63,918 nt of DNA, filler included, from Hyphochytrium catenoides (GCA_900088475.1; 15 parts of 15 records of this genome joined end to end with filler, not necessarily neighbours in it); one strand, 5' to 3'. Positions 50,454 through 63,918 are shown, counted from the first letter of the whole stretch. The notes: generated by a model not told the origin, from the letters alone. A program made the numbers and translations.

Positions 50454-51639
50454 NNNNNNNNNNNNNNNNNNNNNNNNNNNNNNNNNNNNNNNNNNNNTTA
50501 ATTAATTAANNNNNNNNNNNNNNNNNNNNNNNNNNNNNNNNNNNNNNNNNNNNGAGGAGGATAAGAGCATCAGAAAGAATAGTGGACCAGAAGGCGAGGT
50601 GTCAGAAAAAGGGTGAGAGGCATGCAGAGAAGGAGAAAAATATCCAAGGGGACGGAAATGAGAGAATGAGCACTTTTTTAAAAAGAAGAGGATGGAAGAG
50701 AGAGAAAGTAAGCACGAAGAGCATAGGAGAGGGAGCTTCATACCTGAAATGAGGTGGTACAGAGGACGAAGCTTAGGGTTAGAGTTAGAGATTACCAAGA
50801 TGCAAACTAGAGATGGAGCTCAGAAGGAGCTTGCTTGATGATGAGAAGATCTCAGAACTCGACAAACCTCAGAGCTCTGATTGCCGCAGGTAGCCTTGCT
50901 ACTGGTACTCGCGAGTTCTTGAGAGCCTGTTTTAGAGATTTTATCACTGCTTTATGCAACAGAAGAGACGGTCAGAATTCATGTGTCCTCCATCCCGCGC
51001 CACCATCGCCGCACTATCAGCAGTGTGTCTCATATAAAGAGTGCAAGGATAACGCTATCAATCGGAACCCGTACCTCTCTCTCTTTGCTGTGTCATCTCT
51101 TCCTCTAGACACTTTCCTTTATCGTTTTTCTCTCTCTATTCCTTGCGATGCCCCTTAATATCGAGCTCGCTAGTGTCTGCCAATCACCTCCCTTGAGTGT
51201 ATGGTCCCCTCATCCCGGACATTCATCTGTCTCTAAAATCACCCTACTATATAGATGACCGGCAATGCTTTTTGTTGTGGCTTCTGTGTTAGTACTTCCA
51301 AAACAGGCAATAAGATAAAAAAGGGATAGAAGCAAGCATAAACAAAAAGAAGAAGCACGCTACGAAGGCTTGGTCTGTCTAACGCCCGGTCCACCATCAA
51401 GATAGGAAACACCATCAAGATAGGAAAGGAGTCATCATAGCTGATTTCCTCAGCTCGGCAATAATAATCGGAGAGAGAGGAGGAGAAGAAAGGGCACACA
51501 AGACCATCATAACTCTCGATTAGGCGAGCAAGAGATACGGTATTGTTGAAGAGGATGCTTTTAATAAATAGTATCAGCGCATTTCTTCCATCACGCGGGA
51601 CGTGCCACTGAACGCTTAGCGTTAGGGTCAATCACCTCA

Positions 51640-53876
51640 GCTCGCTTAGCAGTGCTGCGGCACTTAGTGCTGACGCCTCAGCGGACATCTGGGTTGGTCC
51701 TGCATAGAGGTAGGGTCAGTCATCAATGCTGGTACATAATACTAGGCTGGCCTAAGCCTGGAACCGATCTAGCACCTATTCCGGCAAACTAGGCCTAAGC
51801 GGGAGGTTGAGGGTGGCATCTAGACGGACAGCAAAACTGGCGCTGCTTAAGGACTATGGTCAGTCACGAATGTTTAGCCTGGGACCAATGGGACCAAGCT
51901 ACTGCGGTAAATCAGCTGCCACTGGGACTGACAGCTAGGTTGACATTTAGGTAGGCAATTAGATTAGGCAAAATATTTGGGGGATAGTAGGTTTTACTGG
52001 CGCGGTCAGATATGCTCGGTCAGCCTCAGCCTTTGGCGCCTTCCCAGAAGCTAAACACAGTGGCAACGGAGAGGGGAGGCACAGCTTACTACACCCGTGC
52101 AGCGCAATAGAAACAGTCAACTGAGCAGCTTGGCGCTTTCGCTGCTTACTGCAGAGGATATGATTCCAACGTACTTAGAATCAACGACCTACGGCTTTGG
52201 GACTGGGCCGGCATACCATGCAGAGATAGCACCAGGACAGAGGCAGTCTCTATCGATGTACGCGGCGGCAAAAGCGACGACGATCGGGAGAGGGTCTCAA
52301 CGTCGCTTATGGAGGTCAGAACACTCTCTTCTGTGCCCTGTCGAGCGGGCTGTCTTCTGAAGGTGGTGCACTCGGCCTGGGGTCATCCAGGCGATAGGAC
52401 CGCCCGGGATCAATTTTACTGCGGAGGACCTTGGCAAGCTGGTGAAGCAAGCAGCAGCAGCCTGCGGAAATCCCCCCGAACGGTACTCAACACCTTTCCT
52501 GAGGGTAGGAGGCGCGACTACATTAATGAACGGTCGGGTACCTAAACATCGAACTCTTGGGACCCTGGCACTCTGACGCTTACCAAGGCTTCAAGGCCTA
52601 TCAATCCGTCCAGACCGAAGACACGGTGGCGAGAATGGTAGGGCCCAAGCAGGCAGAAGACTCTCAGACTATCACTCCCGAACATTCGCTAGGCCAGGCG
52701 CGCAACCAACCCACTGCTACGACGACCTAATCTCCGGCCCCCAAGAGCCTCCTCCCGCTTGACCCAGCTATGCGGCATAGAGCTCCCAGGCTAGTTTTGT
52801 CAAGCTCCAGTTTGATACCCCCAGCCACAGGCTTGTCATACATTGCATGCTCTGTCACGTCATCCTTGTGAGCAGCAGGAAATCACTAATCTGGTAATAA
52901 AGTTTGCTGAAACCGCCGGATACAGCTAGCCTGACAAGTAGACTAGAACATACGCAGGCATCTAGCCGTCGACATCAAGAGTAAGAGCCAAGTGGCCTCA
53001 GAAGTCGGTACCTAAGGCTGGCATGTAGGCTGGCCCTAAGCCTGGAATTTGGCTCACACCTACGTTAGCATCAGGGGTGGCCCTACTGCCTGCCTGGATG
53101 ACAAATTACGCTGACAACTAAAGCTTAGAATGAGGATGACAGGTAGTTGGCTTCCGCCTAATACCAGTATGAGGCTTGGCATCTTCTAAGCGGCTACATA
53201 CCGCTTAGTGCTAGGGTTTATAACCTAACCAAGATACCAACTAAGTGTGGTCGTAAGGGTGGCACCTAGGCCGACACCGAGGCAAGTTGACGCTAAGAAA
53301 AGCGAGGGCAGATCAGCAATAATACTGGTACTTACCTATACGTTGGCCCAAATGCCGGAGCTAAGAATAGACCTGCACCTACAATAATTATCTAGGCAGC
53401 CACCTATCCTGGCATCGGGAATGACACCAAGGAGGCCAATTAAGCTACATCTGCGGCTGTCTGTGTTCTGAGCTGCTGGACACCTTGGGGCGGTATCTAA
53501 GCGGGCAACTACTGCTGGCACCACCGTGCAATCAAGTGGCCTCCTAGGCTAGGCTAATACCTACTTAGCCTGGTATCGAGATTGAGACGTACACTGCAAG
53601 TTCGGCTAATACTTACTAAGGCTGGCAGCAAAACTGGCATCAGAACCAACTCCAAGCCGTACATAGCTTGACACCTACGATGGCCTTTTCCGGCATACAG
53701 CTTTCATTTTGAGGCCGACAACTCTACGCCGCTGGCAATCTATGGCTGGCACGTACGCTTGCGCGTCGTACCCTGGTATCGAGGTTGGTACCTAGGCTGC
53801 ACCACCTCCACTGGCCAGCATGACTGGCGCTGGCGCTAAGGAGGAGGCCTATGGCACCTAGACCAACACGTAAGAG
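51640..53876 (+). repeat. Highly degenerate 12-bp tandem repeat, consensus ~GCTGGCACCTAG
   Basis: Phased variants such as gtcggtacctaa, gctggcatgtag, gctggccctaag, ggtggcacctag, gcagccacctat, gcgggcaactac, gctggcacgtac, gttggtacctag. Two blocks, ~51640-52100 and ~52900-53876. Confidence 0.7.
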
Positions 53877-54165
53877 NNNNNNNNNNNNNNNNNNNNNNNN
53901 NNNNNNNNNNNNNNNNNNNNTTAATTAATTAANNNNNNNNNNNNNNNNNNNNNNNNNNNNNNNNNNNNNNNNNNNNGAGAGAGAAAGAGAGAGAGAGCTA
54001 GAGTGAGAGGAAATGAGAGAGAGAGAGAGAAAGGATGTCGAAGAGACCGAGAGGCGGACCACGAAGAAGAGGAAGACCAATTGTCGGCCTTTTTTGGCGT
54101 TGCGCCTTCTACCCGACCAGCGTACTTTGGTGCCACCGCTGGGCCTAGCTAAAGCTCTTCTTTAC

Positions 54166-55207
54166 CTGAATGAAGACACTCTTCTGCGCCTCTCCAGTGT
54201 AAACAAGCGTCCGCATTCTGGCGATCTAAAGAGTTGCAGAGACAGAGAGCAAGGCAGAGAAGAAAGTTATAAAGGAGAACTAGCGCCACGCTGAAATATT
54301 TTATGAGGAAGAGAAAAGGGCACCTATTCAAAGCGAGGCTGCACCATAATTGAGAATGAAAGCAACTCCCAACCGTCAGCTAACAAGAGAGAATGCGACA
54401 AAGAGGTAGGCAACGGGAAGAAGTGGGGAAGGGGAGCTGGACACGTCACGGAAAGTGTACGCGGCTTTAGAATGGCAGAAGGACCAGCAAAAGAGAGAGA
54501 GGGAAGCTACAGAAGCGGACGGTCAAAGATGCAGCAGCACAAGGACGCGAGTGAAGAGATTCGGTGAGAGGAAAGGGAAGAGCTATTGAAGGCTCCTTGG
54601 TAGCGTACCGCTGGTCCGTAGTAGATTCCTATTGTATGGAAAGCTCTACGTTGCGGCCGCTTCAGATCTGTCGCCAGAGTCTGAGGACAGACAAAGAAGG
54701 GGAGTCAGAATAGGTAAAAAAAATAGATAGAGGAGAAGAAAGGAAGAGAAGACATTGAGGAGAAGGAGTAACAGGAGAGCGAGCGGAAACGACAAAGAAA
54801 TAGAAATAGGGAGACGAGAAAGAGAGAGAGGGTAAAAGAGACAAAGAGAAAGGGCGGAGAGAGGGACGCAGAGACAGAGAGAGACAGCAAGAGAGAGAGA
54901 GACCGGAGAGACAGAGAGAGAGCAAGACAGAGGAAGGGAAAGGGAGAGTATGAGGGAAGCGTGATGATGCGACGTGGAATAGACAAGAGAGTGTGAAAAA
55001 AGAGTATGAAGAAGAGACAACGAGCGTCGGACTCACGGCGAAGAGATTGGGCGTGGCCAGCCGAGCCAGTTCGGATTTATCTCCTTCGGCAAAGGCATCC
55101 ATCATCTGAACAAAGAGATCTCCGCCAGTCTGTACCAGGATATCGGGGCTGAAGGAAGGCTCCTGTACGGGCACTAGTGAGTTCTGAATACTCTCGGCAA
55201 AGTATGT

Positions 55208-55277
<70 letters not shown>

Positions 55278-55816
55278 AAAAGAAGGAAAGAAAGGGGAAG
55301 GTTAACCATGAGCGAGCCATTTGGTATGTCCGCCAACCGCTTCGATGAGAAGAAGGAGAGTGTAGATGTGGAACTATGACAGAGGCAGAGGAAAGAGAAC
55401 AAAGAGGATGAGAGAGAGCGAGAGATAGACTTTACCACTTCCTGAACCCGTGAACAGGCGACGCGCGTCGCCCAGCCGTCCCGCCACCGCTTCCAGAACC
55501 CATCTTTATGTTTGCCCACTAGCACACCGAAGGGGTCCACGGGGTCAGCAACAACGCCTTTTATATCAGGACAAGGACATTGACACGGTGTTAGGCACTC
55601 AGCGGTGGATGTGAGGCAAGTGTGCTAAGCCCTACCTGAGGAGAAAGGAGAGACAGGACGGTGTGCGGAGGAGAAAGCTCTGCAGTCGACAGTACTTAAA
55701 CTAGGCAACCGTCTACCGCGGGATCTCAGCTGGGAAGCTCCTGACTCCCCAATGACGGCCAACGAGGCACCAGTCTTCGAGCCAGGCCTGCCGAACAGCC
55801 TCGTAGCAGACTTCAT
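54166..55816 (-). CDS. Mitochondrial Tim44-like domain protein (mL45/Mba1-like), 3' partial
   Basis: Arg/Ser-rich leader MKSATRLFGR...RAFSS. Exons 'FSPDILVQTGGDLFVQMMDAFAEGDKSELARLATPNLFA|TLATDLKR...|IARMRTLV...VFIQ' fit the Tim44 NTF2-like domain. Confidence 0.7.
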
Positions 55817-56334
55817 CGTCGTCTCTCTTCTTCCAAGAAAAAGATTGACCCAGGGCCGCAAGGACAAAAGAGAGGAAGCTCCTGGCAGGCAGATTGGACT
55901 CTACAATGAGCCAAGAGTTCTCAAAAGACGCTGTCTGAAGGCAGATCATCGCAATAAGGAAGAGGAGGAGGAGGAGAGAGAAAGAGAGATGAAGATCATT
56001 GATTCTCACACCCATCAGAAAACCATCTGGCGCGAGAGAGCCGGTACCGGCCAGCGGTTTGGGAGCAGTGTACAAACACAATTGGAATGAAGAAACATAT
56101 GACTGATTCCCTCTGTTGCGTGGGTAACAACAACTACAAACCCGGTACCACTCTACGGCCTTGCTTTTTAGGAAGAGACCANNNNNNNNNNNNNNNNNNN
56201 NNNNNNNNNNNNNNNNNNNNNNNNNTTAATTAATTAANNNNNNNNNNNNNNNNNNNNNNNNNNNNNNNNNNNNNNNNNNNNGGTAAAGAGAGCGACCATA
56301 GCCCAGGGAGAAGATAGAAAGAGCTCCTCCTTAC

Positions 56335-56497
56335 GTTCCGAGCAGTCAGGACCCATCCACTGTGGCTCGCAGACACAGCGCATATCTTGAGCCCTGCATC
56401 TGCCGTGACCGCTACAGCTCTTCACGCAGCCGCCATGGACCTCTGCCAAGCCCAGCAGCAGCAGAAGTAAAACGAAGAAGCATTCCCCTCCACGCAT
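56335..56497 (-). CDS. First exon of a secreted EGF-like (tenascin/mastigoneme-type) protein
   Basis: Signal peptide then 'CVKSCSGHGRC...CVCEPQWMGPDCSE' and a GTAAGG donor. Confidence 0.8.
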
Positions 56498-57087
56498 GTG
56501 TTTCTTTGACAGAGCCTGTTCGCTTGAAGAGCCTGCTTTCCTCCCTGACCGACCTGCGCCAAGCCTTAGATTGTCCATGAATTTGAGGATCTCCTGGGTG
56601 CTGCTGCACGATACAAAAAGCTAGTCTAACTGAGCTGCTCGGAGGCAGCAGACGTGGTCCCTAGGACCATATGCTCTCCTCCAGAGCGCCACCTACCGAA
56701 TCTGGCAATATACGGCACGTTTAAGCCCGGTATAGACGGTCAAGGCTCAGCGAGCAGACAAGAAGAAAGGACGCAGATGAAAGGTGAAGAACCTCCTGCG
56801 CCTGCGTCCTCCCTCGATGAGGCGGAGAGAAGAAGCAAGAAGAAGTCCCTAAAAGGAGAGGCCACAGCGTTGCTACGCCGACCAAAAGGGCTTCCTGGCG
56901 GGGTGAAAGAGAGAAGAAAGACTGAAAGAGAAGGGCAGGCAGGAGAGAGACCGAGAAGAACTGATCCGAGAGATAGATGTTGATGGCAGGGATGTAGTGG
57001 GAGAGGGAAGTGGAGGGGCCTGGAAGATTGAGGGAGGATAAGACTCGAAGACATAAAGCGATAGAAGAAAGAAAAGGAGGAAGGGGG

Positions 57088-57135
<48 letters not shown>

Positions 57136-57673
57136 GAGAGAGACAGAGAGAGACAGAGAGAGAGAGAGAGAGACAGAGAGAGAGAGAGAGAAGGAGAAAG
57201 GGCAAGAGTTTTACGAAAGGGTGCGGAGGCAACCACGAGAGGGCTAGAACTACGTAGAGGGGACGAAGAAGAGTACACAGAAGAGGGGCTTCTTTGATCT
57301 TTTGTGAGTTCAATTCGACACCAGCGATAAAACGGTAGTGACAAATCCTTAGTTATCTCAATCTTCTAGGTACAATTATCACCCAAAAGAGATTCAATTA
57401 GAGATTATCACATTGATCTTATCTGGCCTTCCTCCCGATCCCGCTTCCGTGTTCCGTGGTCAGATGTCTGAGACTTGTCTGGTGACGGGCTAAGTGGTAT
57501 TAAAAAAGGCGGAACCACTAAATGAATTTGGGTGGTATTGAATAGCCTAAACCACCAGATTACCAAATTCTAGNNNNNNNNNNNNNNNNNNNNNNNNNNN
57601 NNNNNNNNNNNNNNNNNTTAATTAATTAANNNNNNNNNNNNNNNNNNNNNNNNNNNNNNNNNNNNNNNNNNNN

Positions 57674-58723
57674 CACACAGACCAAGCGCCATCCAGACCA
57701 GGAAACGGACCAGTGTGGCGAGAGACGCAGTGCACATGAGGAGAAAGGAAGAGAGAGCACCCAGAATAGGGACGAGGTAGTCTCCTCCTGGAACTCTAAA
57801 GAGTCGTGGCGTATCGGGACTCTCTCTTCTAAGGATCATGACACCGAGAGAGACGAGGACAAATGCAAAGAGAGTGCCAATGGACGTGAGCTCACTCAGG
57901 ATCTCTATCGGGAGCAAGGAAGAGCACAAAGCGCAGATGACGCCAGAGATGATAGTGGGAATGTATGGCGTCTTGAATCTTGGATGGACTTTGGCGAAGA
58001 TCTCAGGCAGAAGGCCGTCTTTAGCCATGGTATAGAAGATCCTTGGTTGGCCGAGAAGCGTGAGAAGCAGCACGGACGTGAGGCCAAAGACAGCTGCTGC
58101 AGAGATGAAGAGAGAGAGCCACCGATAGTCTTCTCCTAACTGTTCCACCGCGAAAGAGATGGGATGGGCAATGCCCTTATACTTCTCATAAGGCACCAGC
58201 CCCGTCGCGACAAGACACACGGCAATGTACAGCGCAGTGCAGACAGAAAGAGATCCCAAGATGCCAATAGGAAGATCTCTCTGTGGGTTCTTAGCCTCTT
58301 GTGCCGTAACGGAGACAGCATCAAAGCCAATGTAAGCAAAGAACACGATGGTGGCGCCCTGAAGCACGCCGCTAACCCCAAACCGGCCGTACTCGCCCTC
58401 ATTCTCAGGGATAAACGGCTTCCAGTTGTCCGGATCCACTTTGCTGAAGGTTGCTAAGAGGAAGAGAAAGATGACAGCGAGTTTGGCGATAACCATCGCA
58501 TTGTTAACCCGCGAGGACTCAGTGATGCCACGGACGAGGATCGCAGTAGCAAGGAGAGATATGAAGAAAGCGGGAAGGTCTAAGTAGGCGCCAGTAGAGA
58601 GAAATCTGCTCTCTTTATGGTCCCACACGATTGGAGCGCTCGTCCACTTGGCCGGCAGTTTGATGTTGAACGCGGAGTGGAGGAAGCTGCCAAAGTAACC
58701 TGACCAGCCGGAGGCGACGGTCG
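57674..58723 (-). CDS. APC-superfamily (cationic-type) amino acid permease, internal exon
   Basis: VASGWSGY, GITESSRVNN, GATIVFFAYIGFDAVSVTAQEAKNPQRDLPIGI, GQPRIFYTMAKDGLLP, ELTSIGTLFAF. Confidence 0.95.
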
Positions 58724-59097
58724 CTGTGGGGGAAGAGGCAAGAGAGAGAGACAAGAGTAAGAGAGAGTGTAAGACTGAGGTCCAGCATGGGAGAGGAGCA
58801 CGAGAGAGAGAGAGAGAGAGAAGAAAGACGATAGTACCAGAGACAAGCGGGGAAGATGAAAGAGGATCCCAAAAGGTCAAAAAGCAGATGACAAGCCCCA
58901 GAGGATAGAGAGTGAGAGACTGGCAGTGCGAAGAGAGACAACAGACAATGCCAGACAAGACAGGCGGCTAGATAGAAATATACATATAACGACAGTGCGA
59001 AGGGTAAAAAGGGATGTAAGCAGTTAGTTTGATGAGGAGGACAGGAGACAATATCAGCATAGAGAGACCAAATGCGCCTTGACACACACACACAGAC

Positions 59098-59131
<34 letters not shown>

Positions 59132-59571
59132 NNNNNNNNNNNNNNNNNNNNNNNNNNNNNNNNNNNNNNNNNNNNTTAATTAATTAANNNNNNNNNNNNN
59201 NNNNNNNNNNNNNNNNNNNNNNNNNNNNNNNTTTTGCCGCCAAAGCGGTTCCTCCTAAGGTGCTTATTTGGAGGCTCCGCAATGGGAAGATCGCCCAGGG
59301 GTAGTGGGACATAGACAGAGCGGCCCCTCCAGGACCTTCACCTACTAACAACAATCATCAAAATAACACTTTCAAGGAAGCCGCAAACATTGAGGGCGCC
59401 GTGGATAGAATGGACTAATGCACACAGCGCCAGACGAGCCAAGCGGGTTCGCCGGTGCCCACTAAAAGATAGAGCGACGAGAACGGCCTCGAATTGGCGG
59501 AGAAGATGTGGAAAGAATATAACAATTCTAATAAGAGGATAAAGGAAGACGTCCCTTGAAGAGTGAACGGG

Positions 59572-59611
59572 GAGCAGCAGCAGCAACAGGAGCAGCAGCA
59601 GCAGCAACAGG

Positions 59612-59646
<35 letters not shown>

Positions 59647-59762
59647 GAGCAGCAGCAGCAACAGGAGCAGCAGCAGCACCAACAGCAACAGGAGCAGCAG
59701 CAGGAGCAGCAACAACAGCAGCAGCAGCAGCGCAGCAGCAACAACAGCAGCAGCAATAACAG

Positions 59763-59815
<53 letters not shown>
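59572..59815. repeat. CAG/CAA trinucleotide tract with an 18-bp higher-order unit (CAGCAGCAGCAACAGGAG)
   Basis: Directly visible. A frame slip near 59731 and an upstream in-frame TGA argue against a simple polyQ CDS. Confidence 0.9.
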
Positions 59816-59816
<1 letters not shown>

Positions 59817-59959
59817 TGGCGCCAGAAATTTGTCGAGTTGGCACCAACGCGCACGAGAATATCGATCGTCACTGTAGGTTATCTCTAAGAGAAACTAGGG
59901 CATTGAAGAAACGCCGAACCTAAGTTATGTTGAAACAAAGAGCAACTGGAAAAAAGATT

Positions 59960-60043
59960 TCCGGCCTGCCGGAATCGAACCAGCGACCAATTGATGTCTG
60001 TGACTACTACAGTCAATCGCTCTACCAACTGAGCTAAGGCCGG
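59960..60043 (-). tRNA. tRNA-Tyr(GTA) with 11-nt intron (59996-60006)
   Basis: Acceptor stem CCGGCCT/AGGCCGG, A box TAGCTCAGTTGG, anticodon arm ATTGA-CT-GTA-G[intron]A-TCAAT, B box GGTTCGATTCC, downstream T6 terminator. Confidence 0.96.
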
Positions 60044-60504
60044 GAAATGCTTGATACAGAAGTTTCATCTTGGATATATATAGGTAAAGATTAACATTAG
60101 GCCCTTGGTGCAGGCGCCACTGGTTGCGCGGATCAGAACCATCATCGAAGAGCTGACAAAAAGGCAATAAAAGAATTCAGTGAACCGACATCACTTCTCC
60201 TGCCCCAAAGATCCTCCGATTACAGCTTCTGTGATGCCGTTGAGCCCTCGAAGAAGGTTTATTTGGCCCTGGTGACGGCATTCCGCGTCCTCTTGCACGT
60301 GTCTGAAAGTCTTGTCGCGGCTGTTTGCGTCCAGCCACTGAGGAGAAGCAGCAGCAGTGTTGCCAATCAAAGTTGGGAGGAGTAGCCTCTGATCTACAAT
60401 CCACACGAAGAGGCTTACACCTTCTCTTCGTCTGAGAGATTCACCAGGTTTGAAGTGCCTCTAATCAACCTGGCTGTTACCAAGGCTTCATAGATTTGCG
60501 GTGA

Positions 60505-61338
<834 letters not shown>

Positions 61339-61438
61339 NNNNNNNNNNNNNNNNNNNNNNNNNNNNNNNNNNNNNNNNNNNNTTAATTAATTAANNNNNN
61401 NNNNNNNNNNNNNNNNNNNNNNNNNNNNNNNNNNNNNN

Positions 61439-62695
61439 GATCACAGCCTCGTGGTAAGCGACAATACTCATGGCCTGCCAAGCCGCTCGTGGCGTGGAGA
61501 CTACCGACAAGAGTATCTCAGCGTAGGTGCCTCCCAGCATCTGTCTAATGACTGCTAAGCCCAAGTACCAGATGTCATTGTTAGCTGCCGCTATACCGAT
61601 GGAAGTCGCCGTTAGGAGGTCCTTTTGTTTAGACCACCGGCGGATTGTAGAAGAAATCGTTAGCTTTCTGTTCTTAGTCGTGTCATGTAACTGTTGATGC
61701 TCCTGCAGTGCCCGCTTCGAGTTCTCTAAGGTTGCTCGACAATCTCTCCGTAGGTGACTCAGGCTCATTCTCGTTACTTGCACCACCGTCCACCAATAGG
61801 CAATTCGCATGGCAATAGACAGGATAATCCACGCAGCAGCAGATACTTTGATTCTCTGCCAGGCTGGCAAAAGTCTCTCAATAATCCACTGAAGGTCATC
61901 TCTCTTTAGGTCCTGCTCCCCAAAGCCAACGCATAGCATGCAGTGATCTGACTGTGGCTCATGGCGAGGGTGAACATAAAAGCACAGGCTTCTTACGCCC
62001 AATACCATCATCTTGGAATGATAGGCAAAGTCAAGGTCGGGACAGAAGTGCAGCAGACCGCTCGAATTTGGGTGCAGCTGTGGCTTATTGCACGGCTGAG
62101 TGGCATTTCGGACAATGTGCCTCTCGTCGAGCAACGGGATGCTGCGGTTGCAGACTAGGAGCTTCAGCAACTCGTTATGCCGCTGTAAACCATTTCTAGA
62201 CTTCTCGCTGGTCGTAGAAGGGGTCACTCCACTTTCTTCAGTCTTATCTGTGGCTCTTTCCTGAGAACTTAGAGGCAGGAACTCTGACACGGTTGTCTGG
62301 GAGATGGCTATCAAAGCTTGTGCCGTGAGGTACCTGAAGTACGTGCTGTGGGGTTTAAAGCCGCAGTAGTCCGAAGGACTTTCAATGGAACCGCCTAGAA
62401 CCGTGATCATAGATGTGTCCACCAAGTTCATTTTCAAAGTGCCAAACTCTTTTGCTGATGCGGTCAGACCAGCTGTAAGGTTGCTGCCAGCACTTTCGCT
62501 AGCTTGAACCATCATCCGAGCCATGTCTATGGACTCTAGAGAAAAGTCCATTGTGGCAAAGGTGAGGCAGAAGACGCCAACCTCAATGGCTGCCCAGAGA
62601 AGCCCCAGTAGGGAGAAACGAGGCAAGGAATGGAACTTGCTGTCTGCTTGCACAGTCTCTCTTAGCAATAGAACTTTGGTGATGGAGGACAACTG
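61439..62695 (-). CDS. Uncharacterised membrane protein fragment, open across the whole scaffold
   Basis: About 418 stop-free, non-repetitive codons with several hydrophobic segments. No family recognised. Confidence 0.65.
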
Positions 62696-63196
62696 NNNNN
62701 NNNNNNNNNNNNNNNNNNNNNNNNNNNNNNNNNNNNNNNTTAATTAATTAANNNNNNNNNNNNNNNNNNNNNNNNNNNNNNNNNNNNNNNNNNNNAGAAA
62801 GGTGTGAATGGGAAGGGGTGTGCAAGGTAGACCAGAAGACTAACTAGTAGAGCAGAAGACAAGGGTTGGAGGAGATAGTCAAACGAACACTTCGTTTGTC
62901 TTTGGTTACCCAATATAGATAACAGCAGGGCAGCGGTGGCGCATTAGGGTCAATCACTTAATGCTCCCGTCAAGGGGAGTGCTCTTGGACTTCTGGGTAT
63001 TAGTCATTGGGAAGGGTAAGAGCGAAAGAGTGTTTGTTTGTGAGAGGAGAGACTGAGGCTGCTGAGATCAGGGTGAGAAAGAGTGTGAAAGGAGAGAGAG
63101 AGTGGCCTCAGGGAGAGAGAGAGAGGGAAGCGCAGTGGTGGAGGAGAGATGAGTGCAACTGCAGCCAGAAAGAGAGAGACAGAGACAGAGAGAGAC

Positions 63197-63242
<46 letters not shown>

Positions 63243-63440
63243 AGAGAGAAGAGAAGAGAGAGAGGAAGAGAGCGGAGAAGCAAGGCTAGGGAAGGGGATG
63301 GAAAGGAGGACGACCTGTGTCCAGGTGATGGGACCAAAGAAGACGACAAAAATAGCCTTCCACCATCTCAGTAACGACCTCTTTCGAGGTAACATCTTAC
63401 CTACAAATTACCTTAGGTGAGCGAAATGCACAAGCATCGT

Positions 63441-63522
63441 GTCGGCGTGGCCGAGTGGTTAAGGCGCCAGCCTGCTAAGTTGGTGGGTTTCACCCGCGCA
63501 GGTTCGAATCCTGCCGCCGACG
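63441..63522 (+). tRNA. tRNA-Ser(GCT)
   Basis: GTCGGCG/CGCCGAC acceptor stem, TGGCCGAGTGG A box, CCAGC-CT-GCT-AA-GTTGG anticodon arm, long variable arm, GGTTCGAATCC, T5 terminator. Confidence 0.97.
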
Positions 63523-63918
63523 AAACTTTTTGCCTTTGGTAGAAAATCCCTTCTTGCTGTACGAACAACTTCTAAAAAAACAAACAAAAGGCTAATAAGG
63601 GTGTCACTGGGTCGTCTGACAGAAACCAACCTAGAACTATCTATTGCACTCTTGGCCCTGGGAGGCATGCATAGCATCGTCATCAGGTCAGATGATGACT
63701 TTGTGCTGATGAACGCTCTCCTGCTGCCGAGTCGAGCTCGTCTGTGACCAATCCCGTGAGCTGGATAACCTTAGAAGAGGGAAACAAGGGGACAAATAGG
63801 GCAGGATGCCACTGAAGACTGTGGGGTTAAAAGAGAAGGGAAGGATAGCACACTGTATCAGATGATAGACCCCGCCCTCCCAGCGATCCACAATTATGAG
63901 CTTCTTCTTCCACATCAG

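Noticed and set aside
59338-59877. Poly-Leu/Cys/Ala/Gln ORFs
   Set aside because: Alternative frames of a CAG tract with no other coding signal.

Overview
Eukaryotic nuclear DNA, not a contiguous locus. About 15 short scaffolds are joined by an artificial N-TTAATTAATTAA-N linker (14 copies, stops in all six frames), so adjacency across linkers has no biological meaning. Gene content suggests a stramenopile, most likely an oomycete (oomycete-style HSF domain, 'putative sensor' membrane family, signal peptide + EGF protein); this is an inference from recalled family motifs. Genes have GT-AG introns and read in the standard code. Supported genes: UBA-domain protein, HSF, C2H2 zinc-finger protein with a transposase-like segment, intronless bacterial-type homocysteine S-methyltransferase, small PAM2-motif ORF, MetX-family acyltransferase, Pro-rich secreted protein, large multi-exon LRR protein, ALG12 3' end, ankyrin/coiled-coil protein, ERF4-like, Tim44/mL45-like, APC amino-acid permease, RIO2, tRNA-Tyr(GTA, intron) and tRNA-Ser(GCT). 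Most ORFs in the supplied track are artefacts of (GA/CT)n microsatellites. The most interesting signal is that many introns are polarised, with a (GA)n-rich 5' half and a (CT)n-rich 3' half that could base-pair. Other leads are a cryptic degenerate 12-bp repeat, exon-per-repeat ankyrin architecture, a pair of inverted Helentron/HINE-like ends on a compositionally foreign scaffold, a possible CAG>TAG mutational bias, and a shared 16-bp palindromic upstream motif. Exon boundaries were read by eye and may be off by a few bases.
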